Source of the DNA: an uncultured Planctomycetota bacterium
Lineage (GTDB): Bacteria > Planctomycetota > Planctomycetia > Isosphaerales > Isosphaeraceae
Assembly (NCBI GenBank): GCA_963823665.1
Contig: CAWGMQ010000011.1
Location: 416,001-480,000 of the forward strand
DNA length: 64,000 bases
Direction: 5' to 3'
A program made the position numbers and the translations under genes. The notes under the pieces were generated by a model. That model searched no databases. It saw only the letters and a list, made by a program, of their open reading frames with translations, and was not told the origin of the DNA. How positions within the stretch are numbered: position 1 is the first letter of the stretch; every line of letters begins with the position of its first letter. Positions 23,342 to 33,084 of this stretch are shown here, one piece after another.

Positions 23342-23994
23342 AGCCGCCAGACTGACCCCACAAGCTGCGCGGGCCCTCCGGCTTGTTCGACCGCCTCGAT
23401 GACGCCGGGAAAGTCAGTCGAGTAATCGTGCCCGCTGATGATCTGAGCACCCGCGCTTCGGGCCCATGCAATATCTCTTGCCGTCTCGGGATAGTCGTGA
23501 ATCGCGTCGAGGAAAACGAGCGCCGGAGGTTCACCGCGATAGGCGTCGTAAAAGGCGTTCTTGCAAGAGACCACCAGCTCGACGTGGTTCGTCCGCGTGA
23601 GGTAGTAGAGCATCTGCGTCGTGATGTCGCGATGCTGCTCTCGTGTGAGTCCCCAGGGATTCCAGTAGAACAAGTCGACGGTGATGATCTTCTTCTCTGG
23701 ATCTTTCCAGAGCGCCATATGGGTCGTGCTTACGCCCAGCAACGTCCCGATTTCGATAATCGGACCAGGGAGCTGGTTTGACTCCTTCACGAGCGCCTCG
23801 AGCAGAGGAAGCTCGTCGTCACGCACCGTGCACATTCGCGGGACGATCGGTTTGAGGGGCGCCGGGTCTTGCGTGGCTTCCGCGAGAGATCGCGGCCTGA
23901 TGCGCGACCGCAGGACATGTCCAACCCTGGCCCTGAGCCGTCCCATCGTCGTCGGACGAGTGGGACATGAATCGCATCTGGTAACACTCGACAT
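23338..23994 (-). CDS. Class I SAM-dependent methyltransferase (Methyltransf_24-like)
   Basis: IEIGTLLG, VFLDAIHDY, ISGHDY. Its stop overlaps the start of the next gene. Confidence 0.85.
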   Translation of the reverse strand: MSSVTRCDSCPTRPTTMGRLRARVGHVLRSRIRPRSLAEATQDPAPLKPIVPRMCTVRDDELPLLEALVKESNQLPGPIIEIGTLLGVSTTHMALWKDPEKKIITVDLFYWNPWGLTREQHRDITTQMLYYLTRTNHVELVVSCKNAFYDAYRGEPPALVFLDAIHDYPETARDIAWARSAGAQIISGHDYSTDFPGVIEAVEQAGGPAQLVGSVWRL

Positions 23995-24062
23995 CGTCCA
24001 TTACCTCCACGAGATCTCGTTCGCCGTCATGCCTTTCGGAAGAGTGATTCGGGTGTCTTCGT

Positions 24063-25102
24063 TCAAAACTCAGAGGTCTGGCTGAGTGACGTGGCTCGGG
24101 CTCGAAAATCGCGGTGCAGATTCATGAGTGACTTGCCAAGTCGCTCTCTGAGACTGTTCCGAGGAGCGAGCCACCCGCGGTGCCTGCGCGCGAACCTGGC
24201 CATCCTCCTGCCCGCCTGGAGCGGAATGGCCTTGAAGAGGGGTCGCGTTCGCTCTTGCTCGAGCTCGGCCAGCAGCCGATCCATCGCGGCGCTCGTGCCG
24301 CGGGCGATCGGTTCCGGGAAAGGCGGGCTCGCCTCGGGCGTTCGCCCGCGTGTGCTGCTGGCACGAAGCTCGCACACTTCCTTCAGCAGGTCGAGATAAT
24401 CGTAATTTGTAACAAAGAGAGTCTCGATGCGCTCGAGCGTCGTCGTCAACTGTTCGTGCGACCGATCGTAAACCAATCCAAGAGAGCAATTCTGGGCCAT
24501 ACCACGCAACTCTCTTGCAAGAGTCATGGCCCATGGAGAATCCGGCGGGAACGTGGAGGTCAATGCGGCCAACTGCCGGCACTCGCCGATCCTCCCCAGG
24601 CCGAGGGCGATCACGATGGCCGCCCTGTTTATGTCCAGGATCTCCAGAGCCAGTTGACCGGCTTCCGAGACCGCGTCTTGTCGGTCTGCGGCGATCACCA
24701 CGACGTGCCGGAGAGAAGTTTCCCCCGGCGTACGCTCCAGCAGTCGCAAGGCGGATCGCAGTTCCGGCAAGACCTCCCAGTGAGCCCGACCTTGATCGTG
24801 CTGTCCGAGCGCAAGAGCACAGGCGAGACAAGAGGATTCGGTCGGATCTGGACCTAGCCATGTCAGCACGCGAGCGACGCGCTCATGAGCCAGCGCCAGA
24901 CACGAGACCTCGGCCGGCGCGCGGTCAAGTCGGTCAGAGCAAGCGGACCGGGGAGAAACTCGAGGAGCAGCGTCACGATGTAGGCGTCGAGCGCAGAAAG
25001 CTGGCGCACGGCGACGACGCCCTTGAGCAGGTCGCGATAGGCCCGCAGGGGACGTGCCGCGAGATCGACTGTTGCGACCGGTTTCAACGTCTGTGGAACC
25101 AT
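24063..25102 (-). CDS. Hypothetical protein in the glycan cluster (ORFs 24863-25102 and 24063-24869, probably one frameshifted gene)
   Basis: Co-oriented and contiguous with the cluster. C-terminal basic amphipathic segment (WLAPRNSLRERL) of the kind seen in glycan-cluster proteins. Confidence 0.5.
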
Positions 25103-25923
25103 CGCACCCTTTCGTTCAGAACGAGTGATTTTCCAGCGCGGGGGAAGTCGTACTCAGATCGCCAACATCCGGGTGATATCGACGAAAGTACGCGTTCACC
25201 CGCGCGCTGGCGGAAACCGCTCTGGTCGAAAATCCGTTGCGACCTTGCCCGTATTGCGTCGCCGTCGCGCGCCAGGCGAAGGTTCGAGAGCGGCAGTTCG
25301 TAATAGAATCCGACCACGACCGGGACGAAGACCACGAGCCGACCTTCGGCAACCACGTGCTGCCACAGTTCCCAATCTTCGTGGGGCAAAGCATCGTGGA
25401 AGCCGCCGAGGTCAAGCAATTGGCGCCGGTCGACCAGCGCCATGGTGTCTATGTAATTCCCTTTGAACAGGCTCGGCTGTACACACTCGTTGCTGTACAC
25501 GCCGGTCGCCCTGTGCTGGTCTGGCTGCCGGATCAAAACGTTGCCGTAGACAGCGGCAGCACGCGTCTGGCGAAGGGATCGATAGAGGACGGGAAGGCTC
25601 GATGGCACGACTTCGTTGTCGGCATCAAGAAAGAAGATGTACCGTCCACGCGCCTCCAGCAGTGCAGTGTTGCGTGTCTGGGCCGGGCCGGTGTTTCGCG
25701 CGTGGATGACCACGCGCAATGGCTCCTCGGCGTAACGCAGCTCGAGCTGCCGCAGCAGCCCATGCGATCCATCGCGAGATGCGTCGTCGACCAGGAGCAG
25801 CTCGACCGGGACGCCCGAACCGCGGAGCAAGCGCGCTGCCCTGACCGCCGAGGACGTCGACCGGGCCAGGAAGACTTCATGATTCCAGTTTGGAATGACA
25901 ATCGAAATACCATTATCGTCCAT
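25084..25923 (-). CDS. GT2 glycosyltransferase
   Basis: ISIVIPNWN, VDDASRD, GPAQTRN, FLDADN, EDWELW. Confidence 0.9.
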   Translation of the reverse strand: MDDNGISIVIPNWNHEVFLARSTSSAVRAARLLRGSGVPVELLLVDDASRDGSHGLLRQLELRYAEEPLRVVIHARNTGPAQTRNTALLEARGRYIFFLDADNEVVPSSLPVLYRSLRQTRAAAVYGNVLIRQPDQHRATGVYSNECVQPSLFKGNYIDTMALVDRRQLLDLGGFHDALPHEDWELWQHVVAEGRLVVFVPVVVGFYYELPLSNLRLARDGDAIRARSQRIFDQSGFRQRAGERVLSSISPGCWRSEYDFPRAGKSLVLNERVRWFHRR

Positions 25924-25927
25924 GGAT

Positions 25928-27175
25928 TTAACCGTAATTATTCATGGATTGAGTCGCGCGACTTCCGCTGGAGGGCCGCGTTACCAGGCTGGCAACCTGG
26001 CCAGAAGCAGGGTAGACCGGCGAGCAAACACGTTGAGACGAGACGCTCACGCCCAGGGCGGCTAGCAAACGCGACAACTCGTCCTCGAGCCGCGGCCGTC
26101 GCAGATAGTCTGCCCGGAGCTGCTCGGCCCGCTGGGGAAAGCAGCTCGATCGGAGGGCGGCGATCACGTCTGCTTCGCGGACCAGGGAATAGGCCAGCGG
26201 TGCGTCATCCGGAACCTCAACCAGGTTGCCGATGACTTTGATCGCGGCGCATCCGGCGGAAACCGATCTGCGGTATCGCGCCGATTCGTAATAGAAGACA
26301 TTGGATTGTCCAATCCATATATTGCATTTCGTAAGAGAAAGAATGTGTTCGACCTGGCTGCCCTTCCAGGGCGAGCAGCCGAGATCCAGCAGCGCCGCAG
26401 AGTCGCTCAGGTAGACCAATCCACCGGGGTCGAACTCCGAAACGAGGAGATCGGTTAGCCAGATCCGATCTTGATTCTTGATTCCGAGATGCGCCCAGGG
26501 CAGCGGCCGGTCGTTCAGCGACAGGGCTGGTGAGGCGCCCAGTGAGTCGGCTTCGTCCGCTAGCAGCCCGTCGAAGATGTGGTGAAAAGGCATCCGGCGC
26601 TTGCGGAGAGCGCGATCATTCTGCGGAAGAACTCCTGAATCGACGATTGCATCGGCGCCTACGCGCTCGCTGGCGCGCAGGTTTCTCGCGAACCAAGTCG
26701 AGGTGACCGGCTCGACCGACAAACTCAGAAGGACCTGGGCCCGCTTCCGAATCGCGCGAAGGGACCGCATTACCGACACTCCGCCGTTTGCGCGGAGAAT
26801 CTCGCTCAGTCCGCTGAGAATGCACAGATCGAGAGATCCTTGAGGAATGTCAGCCAGCTCACAACAAAGGACCCGGAAGCCCAGACCGCTCAGCGCCCGG
26901 CCAACGCGAGTGGTATACCCGTGGTAGTAGTCGTTCTGAGCACCCGGAGAGACAATGACAACCGCCGGGAGGTCCGCATGACTCCTTGCAGCCGAGCCTG
27001 CATCAATTCGTTGACGCGGATCACCCATATTCGCAGCCCTCCTGGCTTCAGCCCGACCGTCGTCCGCCGGTATTATCGACACTTCCGTCGTGAACCACCA
27101 CGTTCTCAGCGCAGCGAGGTGAAGTTTTGTTGTGCCTATCGCTTCGCGGCACACAACTTTGGAAAGGACGGCCAT
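25928..27175 (-). CDS. Hypothetical protein, possibly a divergent GT-B glycosyltransferase (start uncertain)
   Basis: 415-aa ORF at the head of the co-oriented glycan cluster. Only weak GT-B-like features. Confidence 0.5.
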   Translation of the reverse strand: MAVLSKVVCREAIGTTKLHLAALRTWWFTTEVSIIPADDGRAEARRAANMGDPRQRIDAGSAARSHADLPAVVIVSPGAQNDYYHGYTTRVGRALSGLGFRVLCCELADIPQGSLDLCILSGLSEILRANGGVSVMRSLRAIRKRAQVLLSLSVEPVTSTWFARNLRASERVGADAIVDSGVLPQNDRALRKRRMPFHHIFDGLLADEADSLGASPALSLNDRPLPWAHLGIKNQDRIWLTDLLVSEFDPGGLVYLSDSAALLDLGCSPWKGSQVEHILSLTKCNIWIGQSNVFYYESARYRRSVSAGCAAIKVIGNLVEVPDDAPLAYSLVREADVIAALRSSCFPQRAEQLRADYLRRPRLEDELSRLLAALGVSVSSQRVCSPVYPASGQVASLVTRPSSGSRATQSMNNYG

Positions 27176-27337
27176 TCCGATCCGCTTTTAGCCGGTTTTG
27201 GGAGGGATTCAGCCAGTCCCACACTTCATCTTTGGCTTAGCTTGTGAAAGTAGCCCAGATCCTACACTTCCATCCGGGCGAAGAGCCTGAACATGGTTTG
27301 ACTCCAGGGGACCGTCCTCGCTGATGACGTTGCAGCC

Positions 27338-27928
27338 TCATCCCTCCGGGCGATCGAGAAGTTCCTTCAGTCTCGCCGCGAGCTCCGCCGGCAGCTTGAG
27401 TAACCAGGATTCGTCAATCAATTCGACGCCGATCATGTCGCGGAGGTGCGTTCGATCCTTGTCGCGAAATGAAGTCAGCTTCATTCTCACGAGCGACTCG
27501 AACGCGACCACGTTGTGGGCGCCGACGATTGTCGACTCGGTGACCTCGGGTGCGGGAATTGGATCGGCAGAGCGAACTCTTTCGCCGGCAAACAGAATAT
27601 GGACTGCGTCCCGGGCCTTCGCGCCGGGACCGTCAAGGAACATATCGATTCCTTTTACATGCCGGAATGTGAAGCCGGCCGTCGCGAGCGTGGTTTTCAC
27701 CGCTTCGAGGTCGGCACGCCTGATGAGCAAGTCAACATCCTGAGTGTTTCGCACTGCGGCTTCATCGACAGTCGCAACCCAGGCCGCCACAGCGTTTCCC
27801 CCGACAACGGCATACGGAATACCAGCCGCTTCGAGGGCGGCGGCGGCCCGATGCAGACGCTCTCGAACTTTCTCCACGGCTCGCACCATCCTGTCCAGGA
27901 TCTCTTCGGTCAGGTGAAGTTCGTTCAT
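27338..27928 (-). CDS. Nucleotidyltransferase-family protein (Pol-beta superfamily)
   Basis: VVGGNAV...RNTQDVDLL (GG + DxD) and MKLTSFRDKD. Confidence 0.82.
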   Translation of the reverse strand: MNELHLTEEILDRMVRAVEKVRERLHRAAAALEAAGIPYAVVGGNAVAAWVATVDEAAVRNTQDVDLLIRRADLEAVKTTLATAGFTFRHVKGIDMFLDGPGAKARDAVHILFAGERVRSADPIPAPEVTESTIVGAHNVVAFESLVRMKLTSFRDKDRTHLRDMIGVELIDESWLLKLPAELAARLKELLDRPEG

Positions 27929-27929
27929 T

Positions 27930-29276
27930 TCAAATCCCCTGTTTGTCGATGGTATAAGGAAGCACCTTCACCTTGCGGGCCTTGAGGGGCGCGAGTGCGT
28001 CTTGGAGCTTCGCTTGTTCTGTTTGCTGAGCGTCGGGTGAGGCTGGCGATAAGAGCCCCGGAGCCTTGTCGGGATCGCGCAGCTCATTTGCATCGAGCAG
28101 AAAAACGAAATCGCCCGGGCGCAAATCGAGAGACATGATGAGCGCGGCCGTTGAAGCGGCATGCGACTCGGTATGCTCGACCCCGCCCGCACCGACCACC
28201 GTCAAGATGCTGGCACCGAGGCCGGCTGCCTTGAGATCCGCGAACGTGTCGCGTAATTCTTCGTCAGCCCATTGCTGGTGATAAAGCCGCCTCACCACGG
28301 CGTCTCCCGAGGCGACCCCGACACTCACGCGCGCCAGGCCGAGTGCAGCCAGTGCGTTCCACGCAACGCCTCCGGAAGCGCCCGGGCGAAAGTTGTCCAG
28401 AAAAACATGGACGCCATCGAATCGCGGTGCGAGATCGCCCCCATTTGGCACTCGATCACGGCCCGGTTTTGCCGCGGCAGCCTCGATTGGGAAGACCTCG
28501 CCGATCGCAGTCAGATGCTCCTTCAGATCAGACTCCGGCAGCCGCAGCACATCGCTTCCTGCGAGGAAAATGGCGCGACTTTGCAGAAGCCTGCGGCCCC
28601 ACAACGCTGCGACCTCGCGAGCATGCTGACGGAATTCATCCGGGGAACGTCGACGTGGCTCCACGACCGGAGCCCGCCCCGACCCAAATTGGTCGGTCTG
28701 ACCGAGCGTTGCCTGCAAGACAACCGCATTCAGGCACTCCGGAGGTAGGAATGGCATCGGGCCGTAGGTCTCGAAATACCGTCCGCGATGCGCGAACCAG
28801 GCGGCGGCGTCCCAGCGCGCGATCTGAGCGAGAAACTCGCGCAGCTCGTCTGACGGCAGAGCGATTGCCTTGGGCGAGGAAGGTTCGACGCGTCCGAGCT
28901 TGCCGGCGTCTAGATCGGCGATCAAGTCGAGCGCCATCGAGCGAATCTGCGCGTCGAATTCGCTCGCGGCGGCTTGTGTCAACGTGTTCCGCTTGAGCAC
29001 AAGATTCGGGCCTTCACGAACCCGATCGATGGACTGGACACCACCGTCGAGCGATTTCCGATAGTGCGTGCCATCCACAAACGCCCGTTGCCAGCGGCCT
29101 TCGAGGTCGAAGTGATAAAATGGGGCGTCTCCGAAATAAACGGCGAATGCACCCGGCTTGAATCCCGTGAAGATCGGCTCGCCATGGCCCTGTACGGGCT
29201 TCAACCCGACCCGCCGCCGGTAGGTGGCACCCTGCTCGATCAAACACGCCGCCTCGGAAAGATGACCTTCCGCCAT
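27930..29276 (-). CDS. Radical-SAM-like protein lacking CxxxCxxC
   Basis: FLPPE..AVVLQATLG, RSPDEFRQH, IFLAG, LGLARVSVGVASGD, LKAAGL..VGAGG follow the layout of a radical SAM barrel, but there is no Cys triad. Confidence 0.65.
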   Translation of the reverse strand: MAEGHLSEAACLIEQGATYRRRVGLKPVQGHGEPIFTGFKPGAFAVYFGDAPFYHFDLEGRWQRAFVDGTHYRKSLDGGVQSIDRVREGPNLVLKRNTLTQAAASEFDAQIRSMALDLIADLDAGKLGRVEPSSPKAIALPSDELREFLAQIARWDAAAWFAHRGRYFETYGPMPFLPPECLNAVVLQATLGQTDQFGSGRAPVVEPRRRSPDEFRQHAREVAALWGRRLLQSRAIFLAGSDVLRLPESDLKEHLTAIGEVFPIEAAAAKPGRDRVPNGGDLAPRFDGVHVFLDNFRPGASGGVAWNALAALGLARVSVGVASGDAVVRRLYHQQWADEELRDTFADLKAAGLGASILTVVGAGGVEHTESHAASTAALIMSLDLRPGDFVFLLDANELRDPDKAPGLLSPASPDAQQTEQAKLQDALAPLKARKVKVLPYTIDKQGI

Positions 29277-29409
29277 AATTCGCTCTCCTCGAAATCGGGA
29301 ACACACACTATATTACGCGATCCCAGGCACGTGCGCCGGCGCTTCGCGCTGCGCTCGCCGGGATCTTCCTGCCCCAAGATGGCGGCAGGGTCGTTGCAAG
29401 GAGGATGCA

Positions 29410-31149
29410 TTGGAGCAGGAGAAAACGCCGGCTCAAGCGAGCACGTCGAACAATTGGTTCCGTCCAAGGCTGCGCTGGAGCTGGTTCGAGCCGGCATCCT
29501 ATGCGCTTCTGGCACTCGTGCTCAACCTGGCCGGCAACGCTCAGACCGGCCTCTGGGATCGCGACGAGCCGCGGTACGCTGTCTGCGTGCGCGAAATGCG
29601 CGAGCGCAGCGACTGGATCTTTCCGACCTTCAACGGCGAGCCGCGCTACCATAAGCCCGTGCTGATTTACTGGCTGATGCGACTGGGAACGGCGATTGGC
29701 GGAGACAATCCCTTTGGCATTCGCCTGATCTCATCGATCGCCGGAGCCGCCACTGTGCTTGGCGTGACAGTACTGGGCCGGAGAATGCTGGGTTGCTACG
29801 GCGGCCTGGCGGGGTTGATCCTGGCCACGGCGCCGATCGCGGTTGCCGAGTCGAAGCTGGCGACCACGGACGCAACCCTGGCCTTTCTCATCTTCGCATG
29901 CCAGTTCTGCCTCTGGGAGCTCGGTGAGCGCCCATCGCACACGCTGGCGGGCCTGTTCTGGTTGTTCATGAGCCTCGGAATCCTCGTCAAGGGCCCGGTT
30001 GCGCCGGCACTCGTCGCTGCGTCATTCATTTTGGCCTGGTGTTGCGGTTGGCGCACGGCGGCGTGGAAACGACTGTACTGGCGAAACGGCCTGATCGGAC
30101 TGGCGGTCATCACACTCCCCTGGTTCGTGGCGATCAGCGTTGCCTCGAGAGGCGAGTTCCTTCGGTTTGCGATCGGCCGGCAGATCCTGCATCGCGTTTC
30201 GACCGACATGGAAGCTCATGGCGGTTTTCCCGGCTACTACCCGGTCGTGTCGACGCTGGTCTTTTATCCCTGGTCGGTATTTATCCCGGCCGCACTCCTT
30301 GGTGCGTGGGTGCACAGAAAGAAGAATCCCGCTCTTGGATTCCTGATCGGCTGGGCGATCGGACCGCTGATCTTGCTCGAGTGTTTCAAGACGAAGTTGA
30401 TCCACTATTATCTTCCCGCATTTGCAGCATGTGCCTTGCTCTTGTCGTGGCTGGTGGGCGCTCTCGCCTCGGACGAAGTCAACATCAGACGCAGGCCGCT
30501 GGGCCGGCTGGCACTGGCGCTTCTGGTTGGTATCGGGCTTGCCGGCGCTGTCGCGCTCTCGGCCGCCGCTGTGTTCGTGCGGGGCGCTCTCGCACTTCCG
30601 ATGCTCGTGGTCGGCTTGCTCATCGCTCTCGCAGCGCTGGTCGGCATGTTGTGGCTTCAGCGCGGGTCGACCGAGCGAGCTATGTACTTCGTTGCCGGGA
30701 CCTGGGCGGCCATCTTGTTTTGTTGCAGCGTCTGGCTGGTGCCGCTCGTGGAGCCATATCGCACGTCGCGGATCATCGGGGAGAAACTGGCGGCCCATTC
30801 AAGGGCGCTGGGAATTGAGCCGGTCTTGCTCGAGTATCAAGAGCCCGGCGTGATCTATGCACTGGGCCACCCGATCGCGACCACTCGCGACCGCGATGGC
30901 TTCTATGCTCATCTCGAGGGCGGGCGCTCCGTGCTCACCGTGGCGCTTCCCAGCGAAATCGCGGTGATGCGCAAGCATTTCGGGCTGGTGGTGACTCCCG
31001 TGGACGAGGTTGACGGCTTCGTGTTGACCAAAGGCAAGAGCCAGACGCTCCAGATCGCGGTGGTTCGTGCAGGAGAAGCTCCCGCGGCCGACGAGCCGCT
31101 AGACCCGAACGTTCACCGGGTGGGTCTCAAGGAGACGCTCATAAAGTGA
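29410..31149 (+). CDS. ArnT/PMT_2 (GT83-like) membrane glycosyltransferase
   Basis: LWDRDEPRY, FNGEPRYHKPVLIYWL, LVKGP, KLIHYYLP, many transmembrane segments. Confidence 0.92.
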   Translation: MEQEKTPAQASTSNNWFRPRLRWSWFEPASYALLALVLNLAGNAQTGLWDRDEPRYAVCVREMRERSDWIFPTFNGEPRYHKPVLIYWLMRLGTAIGGDNPFGIRLISSIAGAATVLGVTVLGRRMLGCYGGLAGLILATAPIAVAESKLATTDATLAFLIFACQFCLWELGERPSHTLAGLFWLFMSLGILVKGPVAPALVAASFILAWCCGWRTAAWKRLYWRNGLIGLAVITLPWFVAISVASRGEFLRFAIGRQILHRVSTDMEAHGGFPGYYPVVSTLVFYPWSVFIPAALLGAWVHRKKNPALGFLIGWAIGPLILLECFKTKLIHYYLPAFAACALLLSWLVGALASDEVNIRRRPLGRLALALLVGIGLAGAVALSAAAVFVRGALALPMLVVGLLIALAALVGMLWLQRGSTERAMYFVAGTWAAILFCCSVWLVPLVEPYRTSRIIGEKLAAHSRALGIEPVLLEYQEPGVIYALGHPIATTRDRDGFYAHLEGGRSVLTVALPSEIAVMRKHFGLVVTPVDEVDGFVLTKGKSQTLQIAVVRAGEAPAADEPLDPNVHRVGLKETLIK

Positions 31150-32274
31150 GCGAAGCTCGCGGGCCATCGTCTCGTGCCGGAACTGATCGGCAAATCGCCT
31201 GCGGCCTTCCTGGCCCATGGCGGCACGGGTCGACGGACTGGCGGCCAGATCAAGGATCGCCCGTTTCAGCCCACTCAGATCGCGGGGCTCGAGCAGGACG
31301 CCTGTTTCCGGTATGACAACTTCGCGAGCGCCGTCGATGTCGTAGCTGATCACCGGGCGTCCCACCAGAAGCGCCTGGGGAAGAACGCGCGCGAGGCCCT
31401 CGCGCAGGCTGGGGTGGATCACCGCGTCGACAGCGTTCAACAGCTCCGGAATGCGGTCGGGCGGAACCAGCCCAGTAAGGATGAACGATCGCCGGATGCC
31501 AAGCCGCTCGAGCTCGGCGGTCAGCCGGTTCCGGAGGATGCCGTCGCCGATCCAGACGAACTTCACGTTCGGGTTCGAAGCGAGAACCTCGCGGGCAACG
31601 GCGATGATGTCGTCGTGTCCCTTGAGCTCGAAGAGGCGAGCAACAGTGGCGAACGCAACGTCGTCAGCGGCCAGCCCCAGCTCGCACCGGACTTCCTCGC
31701 GCGAGCGGCGGGGCGTGAGGAAGGCATCGGCGTCCATCCCGCTATACACGGTGATGAACTGTTCCGGCCGGCCCACGCTTGCGGCAAGCGCCTGCGAGGT
31801 CATGGCATCGCACACGCTCACAATGGCGTGCGCCCGGCCGGCGGCCCACTTCTCAACCGCGATGTACAGGCGGTTCTTGAGCGGTGTCTCGAACGGGCCG
31901 AACGGCATCCCGTGGATGGTGTGCACAATCGCCGGCACGCGTTCGTGCCACGCGGCGGCCCGGCCCACGATGCCCGCCTTCGAGCTGTGGGTGTGTACAA
32001 CGTCGGGCTTCAATCGTCTGAACGCAGAGCGCAAGCGGCAGTAGGCCCTCCAGTCCAGCCAGGGCCGTATGGGACGCACCAGCTCGGGCAACACCTCGAC
32101 GGCGAGCTCGCGGCGAGCGGCGACGTCAAAGAGATCACCTTCGGGCCCTTCGGCCGGGCCGGTGATCAAGGTCACTTCATCATGATAACGATGATGCAGC
32201 TCGTCGACGGTCAGAAGGGTATTCTCCTGAGCGCCCCCAAGGATGAGTCTTGTGATGACGTGTACGATTCGCAT
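31099..32274 (-). CDS. GT4 glycosyltransferase
   Basis: GGAQEN, VHTHSSKAG, HTIHG, ARLFELKG, PSLREGLARV. Confidence 0.92.
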   Translation of the reverse strand: MRIVHVITRLILGGAQENTLLTVDELHHRYHDEVTLITGPAEGPEGDLFDVAARRELAVEVLPELVRPIRPWLDWRAYCRLRSAFRRLKPDVVHTHSSKAGIVGRAAAWHERVPAIVHTIHGMPFGPFETPLKNRLYIAVEKWAAGRAHAIVSVCDAMTSQALAASVGRPEQFITVYSGMDADAFLTPRRSREEVRCELGLAADDVAFATVARLFELKGHDDIIAVAREVLASNPNVKFVWIGDGILRNRLTAELERLGIRRSFILTGLVPPDRIPELLNAVDAVIHPSLREGLARVLPQALLVGRPVISYDIDGAREVVIPETGVLLEPRDLSGLKRAILDLAASPSTRAAMGQEGRRRFADQFRHETMARELRSLYERLLETHPVNVRV

Positions 32275-32311
32275 TGAGACTTGTCAGTTGCAGATCACAC
32301 GGAACTTATAT

Positions 32312-33052
32312 TTACTTGTCGTAGTGGATCGCCACCAGGAACAGGCCTTGCGGGGGCGCGGTTGGGCCGGCTTCGGTGCGGCTTAGAGCGGCGAGCACGT
32401 GCGCCACCCACTCGGGTGGGCGCTTGCCGCAGCCAACCCACACGAGCGTTCCGGCGATCGAGCGGACCATATTGTACAGGAAACCGTCGGCCTCGACTTC
32501 GATGGTGACGGATGGGCCCGAGCGTTCGACGTGCAGGTCAAGGATTGTGCGCACACTGCTGGTGCGGTTGGGCCAGTCGGTCTCGAAGCTATGGAAATCG
32601 TGTCTGCCCAGGAGCGCCGCGCCCGCCGCGGTCATCGCGGCCACGTCGAGGGTCCGACGAACATACCAGCTATAGCGAAGCTCAAAGGGGCTGGCGAACC
32701 GGCCGTTGTCGATCGCATAGCGGTAGCGTTTGGACCTGGCATCGAGCGTTGCGTGAAAGGCCTGAGGCCGGTCGCGGGCATCCAGCACACGAACGTCGGG
32801 CGGCAACATAGCGTTCAAGGCCCGCACGATCGTGTCAGTTGAGTGTTGCGACATAGTCAAGAAATGGACGGATTGAGCCAGCGCGTGCACACCGCGATCG
32901 GTGCGACTGCAGGCGGTCACGGACGCTGGTGCGCCGGTCAATTGCTTCAGTGCTTCCTCGAGAACCTCTTGAATCGTTCGGAACCCGGGCTGGCGCTGCC
33001 AGCCGTGGAAGTCGGTGCCGTCGTAGGCGAGAATGAGCTGGATGTTCCGCAT
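32312..33052 (-). CDS. truA: tRNA pseudouridine(38-40) synthase
   Basis: YDGTDFHGWQRQ, SRTDRGVHA, GRHDFHSF, GFLYNMVR, TAPPQGLFL. Confidence 0.97.
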   Translation of the reverse strand: MRNIQLILAYDGTDFHGWQRQPGFRTIQEVLEEALKQLTGAPASVTACSRTDRGVHALAQSVHFLTMSQHSTDTIVRALNAMLPPDVRVLDARDRPQAFHATLDARSKRYRYAIDNGRFASPFELRYSWYVRRTLDVAAMTAAGAALLGRHDFHSFETDWPNRTSSVRTILDLHVERSGPSVTIEVEADGFLYNMVRSIAGTLVWVGCGKRPPEWVAHVLAALSRTEAGPTAPPQGLFLVAIHYDK

Positions 33053-33084
33053 CGCGCGGTGGTTTCAGTCAATCAGACGGTTGG

